Below are positions 38,154-51,057 of a stretch of 64,000 bases of DNA, in pieces (positions within the stretch are counted from its first letter, which is position 1; every line of letters begins with the position of its first letter). Source of the stretch: Mobula hypostoma (lineage: Eukaryota); NCBI RefSeq assembly GCF_963921235.1, contig NC_086108.1, positions 54,128,001-54,192,000 on the forward strand. The letters run 5' to 3'. A model generated the notes under the pieces. The model did not search any database and was not told the origin of the DNA. It worked only from the letters and a program-made list of their open reading frames with translations. The position numbers were made by a program, and so were the translations under genes.

Positions 38154-39039
38154 GTAGGTTGTGTTATTCCAAGTATGCCATTAAATTTTGTTTCCCTTTG
38201 ATCTGTTAAGATGTATAGGATTGTGTTTTTTAAACCAGAAGAATGTGTTTAATCAAGGATGCTTTTCACAAGTGCTCAATTTATTTACCTCAGTAATGGC
38301 TGACCACTAAGTATTTGAATATTTGAATTAGATTTAATCGGAGTTAAACATTTTTAAAATTGGGAATGCTGATGAATGAAAGGCTGATTGCATTTGGTGA
38401 GTTATTTTTAGAATTTAAAAATCCTTGAAGCAGGGCTCCTTCTCTGAAGCATTTGCAATGTAGAAGTTCAGGCAGCAGCAATCCTTCTCGTCTTCTGATT
38501 TTACTTATCATACGACTGTTGTCTCCAGGAGTCTGATTGTGAAAGGTAAACAGCTGCTTCCTGATGCGCCAGAGCTGGTTGATCTGTCCATTTTCAGTTA
38601 ATGGCATCAGATTCCCAAGGGCAGCAGAAGCACAAGTTCCAGGGGCACCATTAGTCGCCGTTCCCGTTCATTGGCAGGGTGATAACTTGCCTGCCTGTGT
38701 GATCCAACGCTGCACGTATTTCTCTCATTCCGCTGTAGAAACCTTCCGCAGTCCATTGTGAGGAAACAGATTTGCTTGTGCTTACTTGTAGGATATTTTA
38801 GTCAAATCAAAGCTCCAAATGCTGGGAACTCGAGAGTACTGCAAAAGCCAGGACATTTTAAGATGTGCCTCTTGAATATAAACAGTGTCAATGTGAGCAG
38901 GTCCATTTATTTTTGCTCAGTGTTACTTTCAAGATTACGTGGTTCTTACAAAAAGCGCAGGGGCAAGGCAGAGTTGAGGTGCTTCTGTGCTTCTACTAAC
39001 ACAGATTTCTCTGGGGAAAGGAAGTGGGTGGTGTGAACT

Positions 39040-40748
39040 ATTCTCTGAATTCTGTTTCATCCTCACTCATGGGCATTCTTGGATGCCCCTATCTTCCTTG
39101 GTTATGTCCCTTCCCACCTATATCCGCAACACTTCACATGCTCTTGATCTCATCAACAACTTTCAGTTCCCATTTTCACCATGGATGTCCAGTACCTATA
39201 TTCTTCTATTCCCCCACCAAAAAGGCCTTAAAGCTGCTTGCTTTTTCTCAACAGAAGGCCTAACCAGTTCCCCTCCACCACCACCACCCTCGGTCTGGCA
39301 GAAATCACCCTAAACGATTTCTCTTTTGGCTCTTCCTACTTTTTCCAAACTCAAGGTAGCCATGCACACCTTCATGGGCCCCAGCTATGTAGAATAGTCC
39401 ATGATCCAAGCCTCCCTAACTCTTCCTGCACTACTTTGATGACTACATTGGTGCTGCTTCATGCACCTATGATAAACTCGTCAATTTTATGAACTTTGCC
39501 TCCAACTTTAACCCTGCCCCTAATTTCACTTGGTTAACTTCTGACCCTTCTCTCCTCTTTCTTGATCTCTTTGTCTCCGTTTCTGGAAACAAGCAGTCTA
39601 TCAATATCTTTATAAACCGGCCAATTCCCATGGCTATCTTGACTACATCTCTTCCATCCTGTCTCCTATAAAAATGCTGTTCCCTTTTCTCAGTTCCTTT
39701 GTCTCTGCCGTATCTGTTCCCAGACTGAGGATTTATTTTCCAGGACATCAGAGATGTCCTCTTCCTTCAAAGAATAGTGTTCTGTTTCATCCACCATTGA
39801 TGCTGCCCTCACCCACTTTTCTTCCATTTCCTGGACGTTCACCCTTATCCCATCTTCCCCCCACCTTAACAGGGATAGAGTTCTGCTTATCCTCACCTAC
39901 CACCCCATGAGCCTCCACATCCAACGCATCTTTACCTCTCCTTCCCCCCCCTCCGCTTTCCACAGAGATCACTCCCTTGTCCATTCATCCCTCCCCAACT
40001 CATCTCCATCCTGACACATACCCCTGCAAGTGACAGAAGTGCTACACCTGCCCATTCACCTCCTCTCTCACCGCCATTCAGGGCCCCAAACATTCCTTCC
40101 AGGTGAGACAACACCTCACCTGGGAATCTATTGGTTTTTGTTGTTTGTATCTGGTGCTCCTGTTGTGGCTTCCTCTACATTGGTGAGACTCAACATGAAT
40201 TAGGGGACCACTTTGTTGAGCACATCCACTCCATCAGCCAAAAGTGAAATTTCCGGTGGCCAGCCATTTTAATTCCTATCCCTATCCCATTCCGACATGT
40301 CAATCCATGGCTGCTACTTTTGCCACTCTCAGGGTGGAGGAGCAACACCTCATATTCCGTCTAGGTAGTTTTCAACCTGATAACATGAAAATGGATTTCT
40401 CCAACTTCTGGTAATTTTTCTCCCTTCCTCTTCACTCTTCAATTCCCCACTCTAGCCTCTTATCTTTTCTACTCACCTGCTTATCACCTCCCCCCGTGCC
40501 CCTCCTTCTCCTTCCCTTTCTCCCATGGTCCACTGTCCTCTGTCATCAGATTTCTTCTTCTCCAGCCACTAGGCTTCATCTATCACATTCTAGCTAGTCC
40601 ACCTTTCCCTCCACCCACCCATTTATTCTGACATCTTCCCCTTTCCTTCAGTCCTGAAGAAGGGCCTCAGCCTGACATCTCCACTGTTCATTCATTTCCC
40701 GAGATGCTGCCTAACCTGCTAAGTTCCTCCAACATTTTGTGTGCATTA
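39040..40748 (+). mobile_element. Old degenerate Penelope-like element (RT, GIY-YIG, pLTR)
   Basis: LPTYIRNTSHALDLINNF, NFASNFNPAPNFTW..LLFLDL; 39940-40420 is homologous to 44012-44560; decayed hammerhead at about 40650-40686. Confidence 0.85.
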
Positions 40749-40929
40749 CGCTTGGGTAGTGTTTCAAAACTAGAGCTCTTGCTTCCTAGCTTCCACATGT
40801 GTAACTGATGTGACCTCAAAAATTTGGCCCCATTTTGATTTAATTCTGCTGTCCACTGACTAATTTTGTACCCCTCAATCCTGCCCTTTTAACTGTATTA
40901 CTGAAAACAATACTATGTTCAGTCATGGA

Positions 40930-41205
40930 GGTCATTGCAGAGATGGAAACCATTAGTCTTGAGCAGTGAGGCTAATGAATACCCTGCCACCATCAAGGTC
41001 TTGTCACTAGGACAACCAGCAATTTACTGTTAATCTATGCTGTGCACTATATATATTTTGAATTGGGTTTTATTAACTTATTTATGGTAATATTTTGGTT
41101 TATGTGCTGTGTATGATATGTTTTGTGGGTGTATCGTGGTCCAAAGGAACTTTGGTTCGTTTGGTTGTACATAGGTACAGTCAGATGACAATAAACTTGA
41201 ACTTA
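40930..41205 (+). mobile_element. Rex-like LINE or partner 3' tail
   Basis: Ends gacaataaacttgaactt; similar to the tail at 37431-37612. Confidence 0.55.
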
Positions 41206-41310
41206 ATAGTTCAGTGAAATCTTTCTATCAGTTTTGTAGAAAGTCGCTGGAAATTTGAACTGACATTTAAAGTTGGTTATAAAAATTCTGATACTCCTTT
41301 ATCTATGCAG

Positions 41311-41479
41311 GTGCAAGACACATCATTTATTCTGTGCATTGTGATGGTCCAACCTGAAGTGCCAGTCAGACACCTGAAAAATTTGAATACTGCCCCAAGT
41401 AGTAAGCTTCTCTACCATCGGCTGGATCTTCTGGGTCAACCTACCTCCTGTTTGCATTTCAAGCAGTTGGCAACACTAG
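41311..41479 (+). CDS. CACHD1: CACHD1 exon 13 (169 nt)
   Basis: cag|VQDTSFILCIVMVQPEVPVRHLKNLNTAPSSKLLYHRLDLLGQPTSCLHFKQLATL g|gtaaga. Confidence 0.97.
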
Positions 41480-43039
41480 GTAAGAAGCTAACTGTGAAGC
41501 AATGTGTTGAGGGTTTGCAGCCTCTAATATTCCATATTGCTCTTCCATTTGCAATTTCCTTCGCTTTCCACACTCACATGTGCACCCAAAGTCACCAAGA
41601 AGCCAACTACATTAGATACCACAGATCTCCATCAGTCTTATTTTGAAGTGAGTACAAGCCATGCAGTGGAGAATCTTGATAACCTGAACTCCCTTTGTCA
41701 ATTTTCTTTCTATTTATGTAAGGAATAATTAACTTTCACAGATGATCTTTCCAATATACTCCGACTTGTACTATAAGCAAGAAAGGAACAAAAGATTAGA
41801 CTATCCAGCTCTTATCGAACACTGTATTAATACTCAACTGAACAAGGAGGTTTCATTGAATACTGATTTGCAAATTGATGCCACTTTATCATAAGATTGC
41901 AGTCGTGTACCTTTATTTCTTCATGGTTGATAAAGTTTTAACTTGGCTTTTATAGCATCTATTTCTCTAACTCTTAACAAGTTTGTGGCATAGATGTGAA
42001 TTATCTATTTCTCAGTTTCTCAATTGTTCTTTGGCAATCTGTTGCATGCTTCTGCAAATTATTGTAGAACAATGACATTTGCCTGCAAGTGATTATACTG
42101 AATGCAAGAAAGAATCCATAACTATCTTTCCAATGGAGGGACAAAAGAGTAGCCAATACTAGCACACTTTTCCTTTTCTTTTCAAATCTTTTTATTGTAT
42201 ATATAGGAAAAATAACATGAGTACATCGAAGTAACAACACTTAACAATGCCTCAAAAAAAACCATCATCTTAATGATCGAAAACAAAATTTTGTGATAAC
42301 AAAAAAAACCTACTAGGCAGAAAAGTGAGAGAAAAAAGAAGAGAACCCATCAGGTGTACAACCCCAGAGTCATGCGTCATACAAAAAGCTTCTAAAAATA
42401 AACATCAAACCGCCAGCAAGAAAAGAAAATATACTAAAAGAACTTACAATTAGATCGTGGAAAAATTATATCAATTAACTCAAATGATAATAACGAGCAA
42501 ATGAGCCCCATCTTTTCTCAAAATCAAATAAAGGTTCAAAGGTTCGACTTCTAATTTTCTCCAAACTAAGACATAGCATCACTTGAGAGAACCACTGTGA
42601 CAAAGTGGGAGCTGATGTATCCTTCCACTTCAACAAAATGGCCCTCCTAGCTATCAATGTAACAAATGCAATAACATGTTGGTCAGACACAGAAATACCA
42701 TGAATATTTTGAGGAATTATTCCAAAAAGCACAGTTAATTTATTAGGTTGTAAATTACTTTTAAGTGCTTTAGAAATTGTTGAGAAAACAGAGTTCCAGA
42801 ACTGTTCCAATATAGAACAAGACCAAAACATGTGTCAGTGTAGCTATCTCTGTTTTACATCTATCACAATGACTATCAACATTAGGAAAGATTTTAGAAA
42901 GTCTCTCCTTTGTCAAATGATAATGATGTACAATTTTAAATTGAATCAATGAATGGCTAGCACAAATTGAAGAAGAGTTACACACATAAAAGTTGCTGGT
43001 GAACGCAGCAGGCCAGGCAGCATCTCTAGGAAGAGGTGC

Positions 43040-43075
43040 AGTCGACGTTTCAGGCCGAGACCCTTCGTCAGGACT
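43040..43075 (-). ncRNA. Minimal hammerhead ribozyme motif
   Basis: Reverse complement agtc ctgacga agggtctcggcct gaaa cgtc gact, identical to 33201-33236. Confidence 0.75.
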
Positions 43076-44856
43076 AACTGAAGGAAGAGTGAGTAAGGGA
43101 TTTGAAAGTTGGAGGGGGAGATCCAAAATGATAGGAGAAGACAGGAGGGGGAGAGATGGAGCCAAGAGCTGGACAGGTGATAGGCAAAAAGGATACGAGA
43201 GGATCATGGGACAGGAGGTCCGGGAAGAAAGGTGGCGGGGGGGGGACCCAGAGGATGGGCAAGGGGTATATTCAGAGGGACAGAGGGAGAAAAAGGAGAG
43301 TGAGAGAAAGAATGTGTGTATAAAAATAAGTAACAGATGGGGTACGAGGGGGAGGTGGGGCATTAGCGGAAGTTAGAGAAGTCGATGTTCATGCCATCAG
43401 GTTGGAGGCTACCTAGACGGAATAGAAGGTGTTGTTCCTCCAACCTGAGTGTGGCTTCATCTTTACAGTAGAGGAGGCCGTGGATAGACATGTCAGAATG
43501 GGAATGGGATGTGGAATTAAAATGTGTGGCCACTGGGAGATCCTGCTTTCTCTGGTGGACAGAGCATAGGTGTTCAGCAAAGCGGTCTCCCAGTCTGCGT
43601 CGGGTCTCACCAATATATAAAAGGCCACATCAGGAGCACCGGGCGCAGTATATCACCCCAGCCGACTCACAGGTGAAGTGTTGCCTCACCTGGAAGGACT
43701 GTTTGGGGCCCCGAATGGTGGTAAGTGAGGAAGTGTAAGGGCATGTGTAGCACTTGTTCCGCTTACACGGATAAGTGCCAGGAGGGAGATCAGTGGGGAG
43801 GGATGGGGGGAACGAATGGACAAGGGAGTTGCGTAGGGAGCGATCCCTGCGGAATGCAGGGGGTGGGGAGGGAAAGATGTGCTTAGTGGTGGGATTCCGT
43901 TGGAGGTGGCGGAAGTTACAGAGAATAATATGTTGGACCCGGAGGCTGGTGGGGTGGTAGGTGAGGTAATATGTTGGACCCGGAGGCTGGTTAATATGTT
44001 GGACCCGGAGACTCCAACGGGATCCCACCACTAAGCACATCTTTCCCTCCCCACCCCCCCGGCATTCCGCAGGGATCGCTCCCTACGCAACTCCCTTGTC
44101 CATTCGTTCCCCCCATCCCTCCCCACTGATCTCCCTCCTGGCACTTATCCGTGTAAGTGGAACAAGTGCTACACATGCCCTTACACTTCCTCACTTACCA
44201 CCATTCGGGGCCCCAAACAGTCCTTCCAGGTGAGGCAACACTTCACCTGTGAGTCGGCTGGGGTGATATACTGAGATACTGCGTCCGGTGCTCCTGATGT
44301 GGCCTTTTATATATTGGCGAGACTCGACGCAGACTGGGAGACCGCTTTGCTGAACATCTACGCTCTGTCCGCCAGAGAAAGCAGGATCTCCCAGTGGCCA
44401 CACATTTTAATTCCACATCCCATTCCCATTCTGACATGACTATCCACAGCCTCCTCTACTGTAAAGATGAAGCCACACTCAGGTTGGAGGAACAACACCT
44501 TATATTCCGTCTGGGTAGCCTCCAACCTGATGGCATGAACATCGTCTTCTCTAACTTCCGCTAATGCCCCACCTCCCCCTCGTACCCCATCTGTTACTTA
44601 TTTTTACACACACATTCTTTCTCTCACTCTCCTTTTTCTCCCTCTGTCCCTCTGAATATACCTCTTGCCCATCCTCTGGGTCCCCCCCCCCCGTCTTTCT
44701 TCCTGGACCTCCTGTCCCATGATCCTCTCATATCCCTTTTGCCTATCACCTGTCCAGCTCTTGGCTCCATCCCTCCCCCTCCTGTCTTCTCCTATCATTT
44801 TGGATCTCCTGCTCCCCCTCCAATTTTCAAATCTCTTACTCACTCTTCCTTCAGTT

Positions 44857-44892
44857 AGTCCTGACGAAGGGTCTCGGCCTGAAACGTCAACT
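44857..44892 (+). ncRNA. Minimal hammerhead ribozyme motif, sense to CACHD1, with one stem I mismatch
   Basis: agtc ctgacga agggtctcggcct gaaa cgtc aact. Confidence 0.68.
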
Positions 44893-47380
44893 GCACCTCT
44901 TCCTAGAGATGCTGCCTGGCCTGCTGCGTTCACCAGCAACTTTGATGTGTGTTGCTTGAATTTCCAGCATCTGCATAATTCCTGTTGTTTGAAGAAGAGT
45001 TAACCAACTTCAATATCCGCATCCAATCCTCCGTCATAAAAGTCAAATTAAGTTCCTTTTCCCAATCCTGTTTAGTCTTAGACAAAGGACACTTATCCCA
45101 TTGTGATAATATATAAATTCTTCCAATAGAACCCTTAATCAAAGGATTCATACTCATAATAGTATCTAACAGGTCAGCCTCCAATATGTAAGGGAAATTA
45201 CTTAAATATTTTTGTAAAAAATGTCTAACTTGAAGGTATTGCAGAAAGTGTGAATATGAAAGAGAATATTTATCAATTAATTGTTGAAAGGACATCAATC
45301 TATCTTCTTTAAATAAATCCAAAAAAGAATTAATACCTTTATTTTTCCAAAGTAGAAAAATTGGATGATTCAAAGAAGGCTTAAAAAAGTAATTTCGGTA
45401 AATTAAACTACAAAGTTTAAATTTTTTAAGATTAAAAAAATTGCAGAACTGGAGCCAAATTTGTAAAGAATACTTAATCACAGGATATAAGTTTAAATTA
45501 ACAACTTTACCTAATTGCATAGGTAAAGGAGCCCCCAATAACGAGGTTAACTAGCACACTTTTCCATAAGTGGAAGTGAACATTCGGGGAAAGAGTTGCA
45601 ATGGTATACTGTAGTCACAAGAAATGCAGCTTAGCAAGTTTGTTGTAAATCGAGGTGAGGAGTTATTCAATTTTTTTTTACAATATTTGATATATTGATG
45701 AATAGTGTTCAAATTTTGGTAAAGAAATCATTTATTTCATTTATTGAAGGTCATAGATTTAACCTTGATATTACTGGTATATTGGTTATGTGCCAAAGGT
45801 CTGGTGCAACTACAACTAGAGTGTTGTGTATTATTGAAGTAGGCTAGAACATCACAGGTGTGCTGCTGCTGTAACTCCATCCACTGAAATTAGTGGGAAG
45901 GAGTTGACAGCATGTTAATTTTTATGAATTGCTTTGGTGTGTAACTTTTACTGCCTAGAAAGACAGGAGAATTTAAGATGGAGGATAAGATGCCCCATGG
46001 TGTCTCTTGAACTGGATCTGAAGGGATTAGCGTCTCTGTGAATGGGTCGGTGGTGGAATCTGGATGTAGGAGTGTAATTCATACGGCGGCCTTTGATTTG
46101 GTTGATCAATACAAATATAACTTTAATTTTTAATTTTACTTTAAGTAGATGTTTATTTTCAAAATTAAAAGGATTTAAAATGAACTGGAATGCATATTTT
46201 AAGTATGAACAAAAAGCTGAAACCACAGGAAACACATCGCTCATTTTGTGCCTCTCACACATATTTGTTAATCTTCAAGCATAGATGAAAGAATTCTGTT
46301 TTAGGTCAAATTATATGAGTCTTTGGTTTAGCATGTTGGGTATAGCAGAGCTGGAAATTGTAGAGTCTTCATCAGCTGTTTTTCTTTTGAACAATTTTGA
46401 TTGTTTTACTGGATTGTTAAATATAAAACATACATGTCTTTTTTATGGTACTTGTTTCTGACCAGTCCAGCCAACTTCCCAAACACTACTGTGCTAGAGT
46501 AGTTGGTCAGAGAGATCTGGTCAGTGACTCTTGTTTCTCTATCCACAGATACTCCCTGACAAGTTGAGATTTTCCAGCATTGATTTCAGATTCCCAGCAC
46601 AGTAGTATTTAACTTCTGGATTTGTCTCATTTCCTAAACCGCAGCATTTGTATTTAGTGCTTTCCAGTTGTACTTCCAGCTCCCAGAGGAGAATGGTCTG
46701 GAACAGAGTCACATAGAACAGGAACTAGAAGACTTCTATTGGGTTTTGTGCAGTTGAACAGCTCTGTTGATGCTGTAACAAGTAATTGCAATTACAAATT
46801 AAAACTGAAGTGTTAATAGCACACAATTACACTGTTTTAACAATAAATCAACTTTTTTTAAAATAAAAGTCCTGCCTTTCAATACTTTGGCCATATTCTG
46901 CAGAATTAGAATCAGGTCCAGGCATATTCAATAAAGGCTCCCACTGTAACCTTTTCAGCTCGAATCCAAGTTCCTGTTGTCAGCTTCCTTATCATCTTGA
47001 AGTGTGAGTTGCCAACTTTCACAGGAGGATCGTAGGTGTCCAACTCCTAATACCAGTGGGCCTTCGAATCCAGCTATGCGACAGTGTGAGGTATCCAAGG
47101 ATTGCCCATGAGTCCTTATCCCAACATGAGCTAGAATTTGCAAGGGAAAAGGAGAAAACTTGGGGGCAAAGTTCTATACAACAGGTTTCACATCCATCAT
47201 TTCCATTCTTAGTGTGACATTTTGTCTTCAGTATAAGTTTGACCGATGTCCATTAGGTGTGAGTTTCAAATATTTAAACAAAGCTTAGATTTAAGTTTGT
47301 GTCATCGTCACCAACAACAGTTGCCATTAAGTACTGAGCACGATTAAGAGGAGTTTATTTAATTCTTGTGTCTCTTGCAG

Positions 47381-47523
47381 AAAGCCCCACTGTCATGCTA
47401 TCTGCAGGCAGCTTTTCATCTCCATTTGAACACCTCAGTCAAGCAGAGACCAAACGAATGGTGGAGCATTATACAGCTTATCTGAGTGACAACACACGCC
47501 TCATCGCCAATCCAGGACTCAAA
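47381..47523 (+). CDS. CACHD1: CACHD1 exon 14 (143 nt)
   Basis: cag|(E)SPTVMLSAGSFSSPFEHLSQAETKRMVEHYTAYLSDNTRLIANPGLK|gtgaga. Confidence 0.97.
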
Positions 47524-49017
47524 GTGAGATTTGATTTCTATAAGTTTTGTGCTGTCACTTTAATCAATGTGTTTAACTTTATTTTGCAACTTGTTGATGG
47601 TGAAATGTTGCCTTGGGGGTTTGAAAACCATGTTTGCAATCAAACAAGATGTCAAGATTGCAAATAGTTTGGTTTAATCTCTGAGGGCATCACAGGAACT
47701 GAACCCTTCACATATTTTGTGATGCAGAAAAGTGGAGATAACCACCCACTCATAACATTCTCTTGCTGACTGGGGCAGAAATTTCACAGCAGCACAAGTC
47801 CTGCTCTGGAACTCAGGGGCAAGTGGTGCAGCAATTCTTTCCAGAGCCAAAGGTGAAGAGATAATATTCTGTAGACAGTATTATGCTTAGTTCACTGAGC
47901 AGTAATGCAAAATCGGATCCTTTATTCTGAAGTGCGGGTGGTTAATAATATTGCTTTATTATTCTCGGATAGGAGATAAATAAGTGACCAGACAGAGCGC
48001 AGTTGTACACAGTGTGCTTTTACAAAGTCTGTGAAGCAAGTGACAGATTTTCAAATAATTATAGTTCCACTGTAGAAAATGCATCTGTCTGTCCTGAAGC
48101 AGCATTTCTAATCAAATTTATTTCAAATTGGTACAAGATACTCCTTCATAAATGTATTCTTGGGATTTTTTTCACTTTAGTTGTAGCATTAATGGCCATT
48201 TTGCATCTTGCCTCATATGTTCCCTGGACTTGTGGAGTGATCATTAACCCTTCATGTGTTGCATCAATAGCCAGAGTTGGGAGCAAAACTTAAAATAAAA
48301 ACAATTCAGTGTGTTGTGGTTGCAGTTCTTGTTTTGTGCTTCAATTCAGCCATTACTTTTCGCTAGTACCTTTCAGTTGAAAGTGCTCTCTAGAAATAAA
48401 AACGATCCAATCAGTAATTGAACTGCAGGGTGAAGTGAGTGCGAGGTGATACCTCAGCCATTCAATAGTGTGGAAACCCAGGGGCAGCAGGGGGTTTGGA
48501 GAGTAGGGCTGAATTAAAACCTGGTTGTCAAGAATATCTTTACACACCTAAATCTTGTGAAGTGTATATGTTGACAGATAACGAATTTTTTTTTTGTTTT
48601 TCCTAAGTGAAAATAAATCACCTACATATGTTTGATCCCTCCTGCATTCTTGCTGTATTCAATGATGATCTCAGGCTCAGGGATCCCAGAGCTGCTCTTT
48701 GTTACCTCCCTCTCTGGCATCCAGCAATGTGACCCCTGATCCTTCATTAGGTTTTTCAATTTTTAAAGTCAGTTCTTAAAGGGAATCCCTTCAGGTATTC
48801 ACATGTGAAATTAAGCTTATTATCTTTCCCTTGTCTGGATAAATTGAAACTCTAAAATCCGCACATAATCTTTATTTTATATATATGAGGGAAGCTGTCC
48901 ATGCAATTTTATACAGTCTGATTAAAAAAGCATATTAACAGGATTGATTCACAGCTTTGAAAAGTTCTGGGCATATCTTTAAGTAGTCCTGTTTTTTTTC
49001 TCTCTGCCTGTGTGTAG

Positions 49018-49199
49018 TCCTCTGTCAGAAACGAAGTCATGGCTACCAGTCACGTAACAGATGAATGGATGTCACAAATGGAAATCAGCATCCTAAACAG
49101 TTACATTGTCCGTCGTTACATAGCAACGCCCAATGGGGTGCTTCGGATTTACCCTGGCTCTCTCATGGATAAAGCATTTGATCCCACCAGGAGACAGTG
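49018..49199 (+). CDS. CACHD1: CACHD1 exon 15 (182 nt)
   Basis: tag|SSVRNEVMATSHVTDEWMSQME..RRYIATPNGVLRIYPGSLMDKAFDPTRRQ tg|gtgagt. Confidence 0.97.
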
Positions 49200-50099
49200 G
49201 TGAGTTTTACAGATCCACAGGAAGAGTGTTACAAGTAGCCTCTAAAGCAAAGTCTCTTAGAAAAAAAATGTTTGCTTCTCACCATAGTGAGCAGAGTTTG
49301 CCTGAGCACTGAAGTGATTAATGTTGTTATTTGTGTTTGTATAATTAACAAAGCATTTTGATGATGTCGCATCTGAAGTTGTCTGTTAGTTTGTTTGTAT
49401 TGTTCTGAACTTAGTGATTGCTTGGTTGTTTTTCTGTTTGAGCGTACTGAATGTATTTCCTCTGTGATTGAGGACATCCTGTGTAACCCAACAGTAACAC
49501 ACTCTCCTTTAAAACTGAAGTTTCAGTTGTATTCAACAAAGTGCTTTAAAGGTAATATTTTAACACTCCCCTACCACGCACTCCCAATTTCTTCATTTCC
49601 CTCACCTCGTATTGCTATTCATTCTGTGAGGGAGCGAGCCCCTTAACTGTGCTGCAGTGCCATCAAGCTCTCTTGTTCACTTATCAAGGGGCTCTCCCTT
49701 CTCTAGCCCATACACTGAGGGCAGTATTAAGGCCCCTTTATTGCTGATGTGAATGTGCCTATGGTCAAAGCAATATGAGCATTCAGTGTACATGATTAGT
49801 GCACCAGGGTTCGTGACTGCATGTGGTCCTTGTGTCACTGCTTTGCTCAGTTTATTGTGGAGTAACACTGAAGCTATTCAGAATCTTGCAGGAAGAAACA
49901 TGGAGAAATTTTGCCAATTAGGTGGCTCCCATTTTCTTCCTGTTAAATGATATTGGTAAAAACCTAGAGCAGCATGGTGTGGGACAACATAATTTAGGGA
50001 AAATAATCTTTTGCATTGTATTCAAGAGTATCTTCAAACCTTTTAATCACGCCCTTGGAGAGTTCTCTAATTCTGTAAAAATTGGACTGTTGTTGCTAG

Positions 50100-50210
50100 G
50101 TATCTGCATGCAATGGCAAACCCTGCTCTGATTACCTTCACTGGCCCATATCTTGATGTTGGAGGAGCTGGTTACGTTGTTACACTGAGCCACACTATTC
50201 ATTCATCCAG
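50100..50210 (+). CDS. CACHD1: CACHD1 exon 16 (111 nt)
   Basis: tag|g [36 protein letters not shown] ag|gtaatg. Confidence 0.96.
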
Positions 50211-50495
50211 GTAATGTGCGGGTCCATCACCTTGTTTATTTCGTTCAACTTGATAAATGACGTTCATCTGTAAATGTTGCTTCAGAATGTACAAGTTGCT
50301 GATTGTTGCAGCAGAAAAGATGCAGCGATATTTTGACAAGAGAAATTGTGCTTCATAACCTTCATTGGCATTTACTTCTGGAGTTTAGGAATCTTGCATT
50401 GCTGTGGAAGCACATTGAAGTTAGCTAGAGGAACTTCAGGTCAGACATTGGTAAGAAATATGTCAAAGTACTGTTTTTTAAAATTTCTCCCCAAG

Positions 50496-50618
50496 GTCTC
50501 TTTTGGCACCAGGACATGCTGTGGCTGTGATGGGAGTGGATTTCACCCTGCGATACTTTTACAAAGTTCTTTTGGATTTGTTACCCATTTGCAATCAAGA
50601 TGGAGGCAACAAAATCAG
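50496..50618 (+). CDS. CACHD1: CACHD1 exon 17 (123 nt)
   Basis: aag|g SLLAPGHAVAVMGVDFTLRYFYKVLLDLLPICNQDGGNKI ag|gtagtt. Confidence 0.94.
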
Positions 50619-50957
50619 GTAGTTCCAGCTGAGGGATGGCCAACTTTATAATGACATGGGATCTATTAAAGAAGAAAATAAGTCATTTTGTATTTGATCT
50701 CATTTTTATTTTAAGAAAAAGATATTTCTACATCTATGGGAGGGATGCATATTTAAGTGGTCTTTCTGTTCTTGGTAGAAGGTCATCATTTCTTCAGATT
50801 GGTACATTTATGATCGAGTTTTATTATAATATACATGTTTTAAGTTGCCCGATGTTGCTTTCTGATTAGAATTTATATTTTTGTTTCTTGCTACATTAAA
50901 GCATTAGCTGCTATTTTGCTGAGAAATTCCTTGAACTAATTGACTTTCTTTCATTAG

Positions 50958-51057
50958 GTGCTTTATCATGGAAGACAAAGGGTATCTCTTGGCACATCCA
51001 ACTCTAATTGACCCCAAAGGCCATGCACCTGTGGAGCAGCAACACATCACCCACAAA
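50958..51057 (+). CDS. CACHD1: CACHD1 exon 18 (100 nt)
   Basis: tag|g CFIMEDKGYLLAHPTLIDPKGHAPVEQQHITHK|gtaatg. Confidence 0.97.

Larger units (their letters stand above)
42981..44990 (+). mobile_element. Penelope-like element as a long inverted duplication (GIY-YIG C-terminus + pLTR in both arms)
   Basis: Arms about 42980-43905 (-) and 44012-44951 (+); GTYPCKRNKCYTC..FTCESAGVIYC..LYIGETRRRLGDRFAEHL; TSD ttgaagaagagtta (42967-42980, 44989-45002). Confidence 0.92.
42174..45549 (-). mobile_element. 5'-truncated L1-clade LINE (ORF2 C-terminus) split by a Penelope-like insertion
   Basis: 16-bp TSD actagcacacttttcc (42158-42173, 45550-45565); HSLIQFKIVHHYHLT..CDRCKTEIATLTH.FWSC knuckle; ..LKLVNSS|SICASH rejoins across the insertion. 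Confidence 0.9.

Noticed and set aside
40650..40686. Functional hammerhead in the old PLE
   Set aside because: GAAA core mutated to GACA and the cleavage-site region has decayed
42770..45003. Mirror-image ORFs (MLVNAAGQAASLGRG.., SPDEGSRPETSTAPLP..) as genes
   Set aside because: These are translations of non-coding PLE terminal repeats, duplicated by the inversion
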